Shown here: piece by piece, positions 35,631-46,063 of the stretch | Layout: each line of letters starts with the position of its first letter | Position numbering within the stretch: position 1 is the stretch's first letter | NCBI GenBank assembly: GCA_054600435.1 | Contig: BAAIJX010000009.1 | Span: 248,001 to 312,000 of the forward strand | DNA length: 64,000 bases | Source of the DNA: Neophaeotheca triangularis | Taxonomy: Eukaryota | Direction of reading: 5' to 3' | The notes under the pieces: generated by a model | The model's database searches: none | Seen by the model: the letters and a program-made list of their open reading frames with translations, nothing else | Told to the model about the DNA's origin: nothing | Made by a program: the position numbers and the translations under genes

Positions 35631-38600
35631 TCAACCCCAATACGGCACTTGGCCTGTGATGCTCGAGAGGATGCCGCCGTCTTCACCAGAACCTTTCGAT
35701 CGCTGTCCGGCGAGCTGGGGGTGTTAGTGAGTCGAGGATTGTCAATACAGGCTGGAGACGAGAGTGGTGCCTTACCTCCATGCCGACTCCTCGATGCAGT
35801 AGCACGAGCCAGTCGACGTAAGAACTTGCTTCTCCGTTACGGTCTTCGTACAGTAATCTGGCAAATTCAAATTCGGCACCATCAAGACCCTGGCGTGCGA
35901 GCTGTATCGCCAAACCTTTGCTTCCTCTCTGGCCTTCGAGATGTATCAAGATGTTCCGTGCTTGTGCATTGAGCTGCGTCTCCAGGACTGGCAGTGAGGT
36001 GGTGTTAGGATCCAAAGCTTGCAGACTGTCAAAGCCAGGTCCAAACAGGTCTTCCAACAAATTGGGGGAAACTTGATTGTGCAGCCAGAGCAGCAAGATT
36101 TGACCATTATCGACGAGGTACGCTCCACCCTCTTCGATTTGGCTGAAAGATGCTCGTACAGCGGATGGCATTTTGAGATGCCCGTTCTCATCAGCGAAGC
36201 CATCCGTAGGGTCGAGGTTATGCAAAGAGATGATGCGTGGGTACAAGTACAAGCTCAGTTCTGCAGGACCCATGGATTTGAGCAGTCTGATCTCGTGCGA
36301 GCGGCGATCGGAAGGTTCCTTGCCGCCCTTGAGAGCACGAGACTTGAAGAGACCGAGCATGTACATGCCGAACTCTTTGAGATTCTCCGGCAAGACAAGT
36401 TGACCGGATGGGTGGGAGCCCGAGACTTGCTTGCGGTAGCCAGCGAGAATATCGATACTCTTGTCTTGCAGTGCTTGGCGCACTTCCTTGAGACTGCGAT
36501 TCTCAGTTGCCTTGGAAGCGGCTTCTTTAGCCATGATTGTGAGCACAGCATCCTGATCAACAAACCGCATGCTCTCTGCAGGACTAGGAGTGACGGAGGC
36601 TACTGTGTTGGTGCATCGGACTCGTCGTTCGCCTGTGGCAGTGGTATAGAGGAGAGCAGCTTGGAAGTGTGCATCCAGTTTCGGGTCGAGTTTGCCGTCG
36701 TATGAGAAGGTAACGCCCACCCCGCTGTCTTCGCTAACACTGGCAAGCTCCAAGTCGGCGCCAAAGGTGTGCTGAGTGAAGGAGCCGCTGTACTGTGCAA
36801 GCTGGAGCCCTTGGCTGCACCTCACCTTCATGAGTGCAGCAAATCCTTGCTCTCGTTGCACGGTATGGCTCAGCTCTTTTTCTAATCGGAGAGCATCTCT
36901 AGGATAAGACCAGTTCGGGTAGTAGAATGTGTCACCACCAGTCTTCTCAGCCAGATGCCCAATCGCAGCAAGATCCATGTAGCCACCTGCAGGAGCCGAA
37001 AGGAAGAAATCAACGCCAACACCAGCCTTCACCATAGCCGCCTGTGTCTTCAACACTTGAGGGTGCTCAGTCCGGAGCAGTTGGCGCATATGTTCACTGT
37101 CGTCGTTGGGAGACTGGCCTTTGTCTCGTGGGAAGAGACGACCAGGACCGTGGGTGGGCATGCTAGCCAAGCTGCAGATGATTTTCCCTCCTGTAATGTC
37201 AAGAGCGGCGAGTGCAGCGGTCATTGCGGGTAAGAGTGCATTCTCGGCATGTCGTATCGAAGAGAACATTGTAGGCATACGTTGGAGAAGGGTGGTGATA
37301 TTAGCTCTGCTCTCGGTAGGATCGACAAATAGATGCTCGGGGGAGACAGCGGCAAAGGGGTCCTCGAGGTCGCTGACAACCAACTCCTGAGGTGCAGACA
37401 TGGTGGCAGCGACTTTGTAGAAATGAATCTCTCGATCGAACGCAACAAATCCCACTCTCGCGCCGGGAGGTATCTTGCTGGGCTTGGGGAGGTTCTCGCC
37501 GTTTGCTTCCTCAGCACCCCCTTCCTTTGCACCCTCCCCGTACAAAGCAGCCAAAAGACCATCGCAAACGCCCTGCAAGAACCCACGATTGCAGGACTCT
37601 GCGCTGACATCAATCAAGAAAAGATAGCGCATGGGTACTGGCTCCTTCGACCAATACTCCTTCGGCACCAAAAACTCACACGTCCCCAGTGTAAGCTCAG
37701 GTCGCGAACCCCTATCAACCCGGATACCTTGAGGATCGGTCGGCGCAAAGTACTCCGGAGGAACCTCATTCGGATGGCCACAAAGATTGCAAGTCATTCT
37801 GTTGCCGCCGTTTGAGAAGATCATGAAGGGATTGATGTAAGCTCGACATCTTCGACATCTCGGAGGTCCAACGTCGCCAAAGTCCAGTACAGGGATCGCT
37901 TGCTCGCCGTCTGCTTGTTTTGCAAGGGGTTGCAACGACAAACCGAGAGGCAGACCCGTCGATGTCATTTGTTCGTTGGTCGTGGGGATGCAATTCAATG
38001 TCAACCGTGCATATTTGGGTGAAGAATTTCCCTGATCGAAAGCCACAAAGGGAGTTGATGCGGGCGGCGGTAGATGTTGCTCCATTGTCGGATACACATG
38101 TGTTCTGTAGTACTCGGCCGCCATATCTCGACTCAAAGGCACGCCCGGTATTTGATCCGGGTTGACCTTCCCCTGAGCACCTCCTGGCGCCCCTTGAGCT
38201 CTCTGCTGCTGTTGTTGCTGGTCCATTGCTATTGGGGTACCTGCCTGGGCTGGAAACTGGTTCATGGCAGGTGTTGAAGTTTGCGATTGCCAAGGTGCTT
38301 GCGCGGGTGATGCGCTGGGTTGGAATTGGTTTTGTTGACCATTCATGAACTGTCCTGATGGTGCTCCAGCATATGCTTGTGAATTTGCCGCAGGCTGCTC
38401 GAGCTGGTGGTATGCATGCCTATCCTTCTTCTTTCTATGTGTCTGCGGTGCACCACCATCCATCCCCATCTGTCCCATCTGTTGCGTCAAACCCCTCATA
38501 TCCTGCTGCTGCTGTGGTTGCGGCTGTTGGCCGGGTTGCCCGTAGCCATAGCCCTGTGTGTACCCTGCCATGGTTGGTTGACTCGATGCGATTGGATTAG

Positions 38601-38838
38601 AGCTGGGAGGTTGTTGTTCTTGTTCTCGTTCTTGTTGTTGTTGTTGTTTCGGGAAATAGCTGTCCGCCGGCGTCGGGTAAGTACTCGCAATCGTTGGTGT
38701 CCCTGCAACACCGCCCTGTTGATATCCTCCGGGTGTACCTGCTACCGGTGGATGCCAAGTGTTTGTGGTTCTACGAACTGGTCTGGGGCGTTCGTCAGTT
38801 GGAGTTGCATAGGCAGATTGACTTGGGATCTGGAACAT
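35631..38838 (-). CDS. SFB3: COPII coat subunit, Sec24-like (Sfb3/Lst1 type), terminal intron
   Basis: Q/P-rich N-terminus, DQGNSSPKYARLT, zinc finger PPRCRRCRAYINPF...CNLC, trunk/VWA domain, ERRVR, LYLYPR. Intron 35775-35715 leads to LAGQRSKG...VPYWG and stop at 35633-35631. An upstream exon is possible. Confidence 0.85.
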
Positions 38839-39457
38839 GTCCAAGTCTGACTAAGGCAGTACCTTAGTGAGCGATTGGACGTGAGTTGATGAAGTACACG
38901 TGGAGTTTAAAGTTGGCGAGCTGCGTTGGCTGTTTGGTGATGTCGCCGCCACTTTCCCCGCCGACGGTGCAAAAGAAAGGAAGTCAACTAGGTATCACAG
39001 GTATGTACCTAGGTATGTCTCCAGATCTCTTTCCAACACCGAAGGAAGGGTTCATTTCAATACCATCCACGTGACCAACTCAGATATATCAGAATGGCAC
39101 TATCCCAATGCAGAAGGCAAGTCGTTGCGATATGCTCACGTGCACCGCGTGTCGAGCGCGACAGGGCAGTCCCGAACTGGAAACGAGCAGCCAACGACGT
39201 CACCTGGAAACAGAACGACGCGACGAGGTCGGAGGCAATTATCGAGTGGCACAAAACGCGTCTTCAAACCCCATCTGTCCATCACTGCCTGTGATAGTTG
39301 GCAAAACACTTTATACCTTTAGAGAGTAGGAGGTAGCTATCAGACCCTTTCTCTTTCCCTTTCTCTTTCTCCACCCACTCGCTCTCCTCTACTCCAGGCT
39401 TCAACTCGTTCGAATACTAAGCTCCCCAACACACTCCCAAAGTCACCAACCCACAAC

Positions 39458-40008
39458 ATGTCCATCGTCGACCCTTACACCACGACCCGGGAAGTCTTCA
39501 CCAACCATCTCCTCGACCGTGAAATCCCCGCAGATGCCCATCCTACGTGGCTGGACATTCACGACAAGCTCTGCAATCTCTACCGCAAACTCGCCTTCCA
39601 CCCGGCCATGGAACCCAACCTCCAACAAACCTACAAGACACCCGCAGCCTACAAGAACAAAGTGTATCCAAACGCTCCTCCCCTAAAACCCCACCGCTCC
39701 GAGAAACCAAACTAACCCCTGCCCCTAGCTACTTCATGTGGGACTTCGTAGGCCGCACCCTGTGTTTCCTTTACATTGTGCCAGCGACTCTACACGGCGT
39801 GGAAGACGAAGACGGCAGATTCGTCGATGGACCATTTACCGAGTACTGGAGCGACATCACTAGCCGCAACGTCCTTGCCAAGGAGCTGATGCTGGACACG
39901 AAGCCCGGGATGCTGGACATGCTGCTCGAGTCGGCGTATCCTGGTGGGACTGGGCCGATCCCGACATTCGGGGAGGAGATTCTGCAGGATGCTAGGGCGT
40001 TGGTTTAG
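39458..40008 (+). CDS. Fungal hypothetical protein, 2 exons
   Basis: Intron 39664-39728 (GTATCC...CTAAC...TAG) fuses ...LAFHPAMEPNLQQTYKTPAAYKNKV to YFMWDFVGRTL... in frame. Confidence 0.75.
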
Positions 40009-40048
40009 TTGAGGTTGAGGGGACCCTTGGCAGATGGTAGTGCTGGAT

Positions 40049-40699
40049 TTAGGAGGTTGATGGTGTTTGGCAGCCTAGGCGTTTGTATGATTGCTTTGTA
40101 AGATTGCTCCTTGAGCCAGCACTACGGACCTGATTGATCCGCGTCTGGATGTTGGGCCTGCCACTGATGTAGATGCGGGTTTCTTGCTCGCTCATGCCGT
40201 GGGTGGCGTCCATGTAGTTCTCCAGGTCGTTGCGGACTTGCCGTAGTCGAGGGGCTTCTCTGATGGGCACGGCAATGACTCGGCCGTTGCGGTCTTGGAT
40301 GATGCGGGCCTGGGGGACGGTGGGGTTATTGGATGTTGGTGCTAGTGGTAGGCGTTGGTGTCGAGGTTCTGGGGCGGTTTGTGGGTGAACTCTATTCCGT
40401 CAGTGGGGAGCTGGGCCATCCGACGGCGGGTGCAGGTGTCTTTCAGGTCAGTCTGCTATGTTGTCTTACAGGAGGGGCCCGGGACTAAATTCTGATGGAA
40501 GAGCAAGAGCATTAGTGTCGTAGCTTTTGCTGATATCCGGGCGTTGGCTACTCAGACGGTGGTTGGGGACCAGTGTTGCCCAGGAGTTGCGGTACGATTC
40601 GATGCTGAACTTCGCTGTGATTGCGATGCCCTTCGCTCCAATAACACAACTGTTATTTCTAATACGTTGCTCGGTTTTGCGACGGGACTCAAGCTGCAT
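40049..40699 (-). CDS. Possible spliced hypothetical protein (~190 aa) or gene relic
   Basis: Intron-like 40469-40392 (GTAAGA...CTGAC...TAG) joins ORF 40699-40470 in frame to 40391-40049 (…ARIIQDRNGRVIAVPIREAPRLRQVRNDLENYMDATH…). Confidence 0.35.
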
Positions 40700-41222
40700 G
40701 TGGACTGGGAGCCTTGCCCGAAATCGATGCTCTTATGATCTGCTGTGCCCTTGGCCAGCGGGAGCGGTCCGAAAAGAGAAACCGCCAGCGAGCGTGTAGG
40801 CTGAAGACGCAGAATAGCATCAACATTATGCGCATCGAGGGCATGCTCGCCATGTTCGAGACCGAAGACCAGCCGATTTCCTAACCCATGCGAGAAGTAG
40901 GTTCAGAGGGACACACAAAGTTACCATCGTAGGCCAAGTATGTTTCCAGCCTAGACTTCAGCCTAGACTCCTTGTCGCGGTGGTAGGCCAGAAAGGTCTC
41001 AGCCCTGGATCTCAACTCAGACTCTTTCCCCGTCGGTCATGCTTGAACTTTTCTCTCGGTCCTCTAGGAGTTTCAGCATGCGTTCGGTGTGATGTCAATG
41101 CAAAGCTGGAACAAATCTCTCAGTCAGGTCATGCAATACATTAAGCTCGTCTAACGGCCTCGCTCAGTGATATCCCCCAAACCGAAACGCCGATTGCTAT
41201 GATATCTCTACAGTATACTTCA

Positions 41223-44200
41223 CTACCATATCGCCTGGGCAATCATCAAAGCAGTGGCCGCAAGCATGACGAATGTCGAGAGTAGTCTGCTATGAGAGGA
41301 CACAGCCCCTGAATCCGATTCGGCATCGGCGGTTGCCGTCTCGTCCACCTCAGTCGCCTGCGCTTCAGTAGTGGCTGGGATTGTTGTCGTAGCGTCGAGA
41401 TCGCCACTTACGGTCTCGCTACCTACCGCCGACGTCGATGCCACCCCTGATAGTTGTGCCTCTGGCATGTTGCTACGCAGAAAGGGCTGCGTAGATCCAT
41501 CGATGGCCACGCCAGTCGCATGCACAACCACCGTGCCCAGACCAGAAACGAAAGTGGTCACGCCCTCTCCTGAAGCCGCAGCGTTGTACTGAACGGTGTA
41601 GGGCGTGCCATTGGAACCTGTGACAACACCACCGGTAGCCTGTATCTGAGCAAGACCGTTGATATTCGCTGCAGTCGGAGAGAAAAATTGAGTAGAGCCC
41701 TCGATAACTACCCCGGATGCTTGAACTACCACAGTACCTAGACCTGAGATAAACGTCGTCACGCCCTCGCCTGAATCCGTGGGGTCGTATCGGAGGGTGT
41801 AAGGCGTGCCTTCGGCATCTGTGACAACACCTCCAGGAGGTTGCGTCTGAGCTAGACCGTTGATATTAGCTTCAATTGCGGAAAACGACTGAGTAGAGCC
41901 GTCGATAACAACGCCGGAAGGTCCAACAACTACAGTTCCAAGTCCGAATACGACTGTCGTCATGCTATTGCTGGTACCAGTGGCGTCGTATTGAAAGGTG
42001 AACGGCGTGCCATTCGAGTCCGTGACGATACCTCTAACACCCTGCAACTGAGCCTGTCCGCTGGCTTCTGGGTCGGACAACGAGTACGACTGAGCAACAT
42101 CGTCGATGAAGACATCCGACGGCCCAACGACAACAGTTCCCAGACCGGGGATGACTGTCGTCACGCCATCCCCAGGGTTCGTAGCGTCGTACTGAATGGT
42201 ATACGGCGTGCCATTGGAGTCCGTAAAAACGCCCCTACCACCCTGAGCACGAGCCTGTCCACTTGCTCCAGAGTCAGGTACAAGGTATGCTTGAGTAATT
42301 CCATTGATCACGACACCAGAGGACTGAATGACGACTTCGCCTAGTCCAGGCATGGACGTAGTCATGTCTGCGGCCGTGTCAGCTGCATCGATAGTAATTG
42401 TATGTTGCTCGCCGTTCCAGTCCGTGATGACTCCGCCTCCGAAGGAACTGCCTGTGACTTGCGGTTGAGCGGCTCCAGACTCTACCACGGAGTAGGCCTG
42501 AGTCAAGCCAGCAACGATGGCAGCTGTCGGTTGTAGGACGACGGTACCGACCCCTGGTATGACGGTAGTACTGTCCAGAGCCGGGCCGTCCGTGGCCTCT
42601 TCCTGTCCTGCATTCAGAGCAACACTTGGCGAGACAATGGTGTGAGCGTTTCCTCCCGAGTCTGTGACCACCCAGCCTGCAACAGTAGATTCTCTATTCT
42701 CGTTCACGATAGCGCCATTCGCCGCTCCGCTTTGCGCTGGGTTCACCACCGTGCTCGGCTGTAAGACGATATGCACCCCTCCTTGCGACTCCGTAAACAC
42801 GACCCCTGCAGCAGCGGGTTGATTCGGTTGTCCATGATCAGCAGCCGCGGACGAACGGTGTTGACCTTGGTTTTGACTTTGAGCTCCTTCGCGGTCTTGC
42901 GGGCTCCCACTGCTATCACTGTTGCCTCCATCGTTGCCTCCACCGCTGTCTCCACCATTGATACTACTGTAAACACCATTGTCGCCGCTAGCATCCGTCT
43001 GCGCTGTCTGCTCAGGAACTAACCCAGGCTGAATGGACCCCAACTCATCTCTAGTCGTGTCTTCACCGCTAAGCCAATTAACCTGCTCGGTGGCTCCAGC
43101 ACCTTCCACGCTTGGGGAAGACCTGATCCCGCCTATCGCACTCATGATTAAATCAGCAATACCTAGCCCTCTCGAAGGCGACTGCTGTGCTGAGTGGACA
43201 GGCTCCTCATCAACACTACCACGAGACGTGGCAGGCGAGGGGATGTCGAGTGTCGTCTGGCTATGTTCCACCTTAGCAGTCTCCAATGTCCATCTATCAG
43301 AGTGATCTGGTGTCTTTGCCGAACTTGTCGCTGCCGCGCTCGTCTGCCGAGGTGTAGTTGGTCCATGGATGTTACCAGTTTCCGCGCTCTGGCTCGTCAG
43401 ACTTGAAGTCGGTGTCGCCTCCGCAACGGAAGCCCCAGCTGGTCTGGTAACGCCAGCAATCTGCGACTGGGGTGTAAGAGCGATGGGTGGGTCAAAGAAG
43501 ACGGCGTCCGTGCCGGTGTCAAAGCGACAAGAGATCTCGAGACCCGGCAACGCACCTGGCACGACTTTCCGACCATCCTGGCTAAAAAATTCTGGTGGTA
43601 TGCTCAGAATGGGATGATAGTCGTTCCAGATAGTGGAACAAGTATTTACAGTCGTGATAATGGAGCTGGACCAAGTTGAATGGGTCTCGGTGTAAGTTTC
43701 GGCGGCACCTTCAATGGTGACAATTCGATCCATCACAAGTTGTGATTCGTAAAGAGTAGTCCAGCAGTGAGGTTGGCATCTGTACACGCTTGCCGGAACA
43801 GGCCACTCAAAATCTGCGTAGTTTACTCGACGTGCTTGCCCAAAGCCCTCCTCTGCTGCCGTGGCACAGTATGAATAGACAGACTCAGGAGCCTGCTGCA
43901 AGAACCAGTCGTCTGTCGCTACTGTCGCGGTACCGCCCAGGTTGTACGCCCATTTCCCATGTATCTGAATGTAGACATATGGGCTCGTGAGGGTTGTTCC
44001 CTTTGTGACGAATATGTTGGGTTCTCCTTCTGCCGTAGTCATAGCGGTAGGTGCTGGCATGGTCGAGTTGCCACACAGGGCATTGGAGGACCGTTGTACC
44101 GGCCAGTACAGGAAATACACCTCGGCAACGCTCATGAAACAGATTCCCCCACCATAGTTGATTTCCCACGATGTTGCCGTAGGGACACCACATATTGGGG

Positions 44201-45032
44201 GATCTGGAAAAATTGCTGTGTCCGGTTCGATAAGGGTGTCGGCGGCGGAGTCCGAGACAATTGAGGCCCGGTCTAGTTTATCATCCATATACGTCGACCA
44301 CGCACTCTGAGCCGAATAATATGAGCTATTTAATACGGAGCAGTCACTTGGCAAGATCGTGCAAGGTGGCGCTGGAATGTTGGAGAATAGAGGTTCATGA
44401 GTTGTTGCAAGCCTCGAACTCAGAGTAGTCAGCGTAAAGGTCGTTGTGCTAACGCTGATGGAAGCATCCATGCGCGGGAAACCATCGCACAGTGTGTAGA
44501 CCGGCTGTGACTGGTTGTTGGGCCAATGCGTGACAGTGTGATACGCAAAGCTCCAGTCACGAGAGGTGTATGTCAACAGTGTAGTGACGGTTTTTGTACC
44601 GGTCAATGTGGATGCCGAGTAAGCCCATTCTTGCTTGGCAGCATCGCAAGAGGAAGCGTACTCGAGGCCAGTGCCAACTGCTGGCACGCTCATGGGAACA
44701 GCGGCTGTGGTATTGGCAGACTCATGGGTCACACTGTCCGTCGTTGTGAAGGGATCATTCGGACTACCAGAGGCGTTCGTTCCAAGGGGTCCACTTGTTG
44801 ATGCTGTGAGGTTAGGGAACATGGGCGATGATTGGACGGTATGAGATGATAGGTGCTTTGCGGTAGCTGAAGATCGAATGATTCCAGTCATAGTGGTGTT
44901 CTTGGAGCCGCCATGAGCAGTGTAGGAGGCTTCGACATTCTGGGGAGCTTGACGCGACAAAAGAGTGGCGCCAGTGTCGGCGATCAGTGTGAGGCCGAAC
45001 ACAACGTATGCAACCATGAAGTGGAAGCGCAT
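41223..45032 (-). CDS. Large secreted, Ser/Thr/Gly-rich, probably GPI-anchored cell-surface protein with Cys-rich N-terminal domain and tandem repeats (adhesin-like)
   Basis: 1269-aa ORF. Signal peptide MRFHFMVAYVVFGLTLIA, Cys-rich globular region, S/T linker, 67-aa repeats, C-terminal DSGAVSSHSR plus hydrophobic tail. Confidence 0.85.
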   Translation of the reverse strand: MRFHFMVAYVVFGLTLIADTGATLLSRQAPQNVEASYTAHGGSKNTTMTGIIRSSATAKHLSSHTVQSSPMFPNLTASTSGPLGTNASGSPNDPFTTTDSVTHESANTTAAVPMSVPAVGTGLEYASSCDAAKQEWAYSASTLTGTKTVTTLLTYTSRDWSFAYHTVTHWPNNQSQPVYTLCDGFPRMDASISVSTTTFTLTTLSSRLATTHEPLFSNIPAPPCTILPSDCSVLNSSYYSAQSAWSTYMDDKLDRASIVSDSAADTLIEPDTAIFPDPPICGVPTATSWEINYGGGICFMSVAEVYFLYWPVQRSSNALCGNSTMPAPTAMTTAEGEPNIFVTKGTTLTSPYVYIQIHGKWAYNLGGTATVATDDWFLQQAPESVYSYCATAAEEGFGQARRVNYADFEWPVPASVYRCQPHCWTTLYESQLVMDRIVTIEGAAETYTETHSTWSSSIITTVNTCSTIWNDYHPILSIPPEFFSQDGRKVVPGALPGLEISCRFDTGTDAVFFDPPIALTPQSQIAGVTRPAGASVAEATPTSSLTSQSAETGNIHGPTTPRQTSAAATSSAKTPDHSDRWTLETAKVEHSQTTLDIPSPATSRGSVDEEPVHSAQQSPSRGLGIADLIMSAIGGIRSSPSVEGAGATEQVNWLSGEDTTRDELGSIQPGLVPEQTAQTDASGDNGVYSSINGGDSGGGNDGGNSDSSGSPQDREGAQSQNQGQHRSSAAADHGQPNQPAAAGVVFTESQGGVHIVLQPSTVVNPAQSGAANGAIVNENRESTVAGWVVTDSGGNAHTIVSPSVALNAGQEEATDGPALDSTTVIPGVGTVVLQPTAAIVAGLTQAYSVVESGAAQPQVTGSSFGGGVITDWNGEQHTITIDAADTAADMTTSMPGLGEVVIQSSGVVINGITQAYLVPDSGASGQARAQGGRGVFTDSNGTPYTIQYDATNPGDGVTTVIPGLGTVVVGPSDVFIDDVAQSYSLSDPEASGQAQLQGVRGIVTDSNGTPFTFQYDATGTSNSMTTVVFGLGTVVVGPSGVVIDGSTQSFSAIEANINGLAQTQPPGGVVTDAEGTPYTLRYDPTDSGEGVTTFISGLGTVVVQASGVVIEGSTQFFSPTAANINGLAQIQATGGVVTGSNGTPYTVQYNAAASGEGVTTFVSGLGTVVVHATGVAIDGSTQPFLRSNMPEAQLSGVASTSAVGSETVSGDLDATTTIPATTEAQATEVDETATADAESDSGAVSSHSRLLSTFVMLAATALMIAQAIW
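41475..42435 (-). repeat. Coding tandem repeat, five 201-bp (67-aa) units
   Basis: Equivalent positions fall at 41620, 41821, 42022, 42223 and 42424, exactly 201 bp apart. Two more degenerate units extend to about 42810. Confidence 0.9.
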
Positions 45033-46063
45033 CGTCTCGACGAAAACTTTGGCGTTGTAGCTTCCAAGGAGGACAGTAGTCGGCAGGAGCTACTGTACCA
45101 ACGCGAGCAGCACATCGTTGTACTATATGTAATGACTACCAGCCTTGCTTGAAGCCCGACTGTCTCCCAAGAGCCAGGCTGAATCCTTCCTCGTAAGCGA
45201 AGGTGCATATCACTGGAGGGTCCAGGCTTTAGACATTGTCGGGTGCCGATACGCTGTGCGACATCGAACACTGGTGAGAGCAACGGCCCACGTGGTAGAG
45301 GGTTTGTTTGATGCGTCTGTATTTATATCCAGCTGCACATCAATCCATCCACGACCAATGAAAAGAGAAGCGAAGTTACACCAACATCAGCGGGGGCGTT
45401 GTTGATCCAGCCTCGTCAGAAGTTTGCGATAGAGCACCGAAGGCCGGCGAGGGTGATTGACGAGAGAACACATCTACCGTCAAGTCTGGCGAGAACAGAG
45501 TGTTGGCTGTGTGGTACTTATGTAGACGATGAACTCGTCCAGAGCATAAGGTACGAACGAAGAGGTACCGTATATGAAAACCATCGAGGTATGGTGCTTG
45601 GCAATTTGCGGGCACATGCAGCCTGATATTGGAACCACTGCTGATATGCGGTGCTGAATGCCCAGAGATCAGAGTTAATATCGACGTGGCTGGTGCCGTA
45701 GCAGGGTTGGCCATGCACATTTGATCATGGAGACGCGGCACCGATGCGAGTCAATGGATGCGACAAGGCTTAACAGCGCCTGTCATCCTTCCCGACGATA
45801 TGGGTACTTGGCAACTCCCACAAGTAAACGTCGTCTCTTCTTCAAAGCCGCCCTCGGGGATCGATTCGTATATCGTCTTCAGGTCAAGCACGGCGCTGTT
45901 GTCCGCAATCCCCTTCGCTCTGCAAAAACATCTTGGTTCGCTGCAAATGCAAATCCTAGACCCGTTCGATGCTCAAAGCCGGATCGCCAAAATGAAGAAT
46001 GCCTCCATCGCGCACCCTCGCAAACACTATCTGGACTTCGTGACGATAGTCGAGACCTGACCT

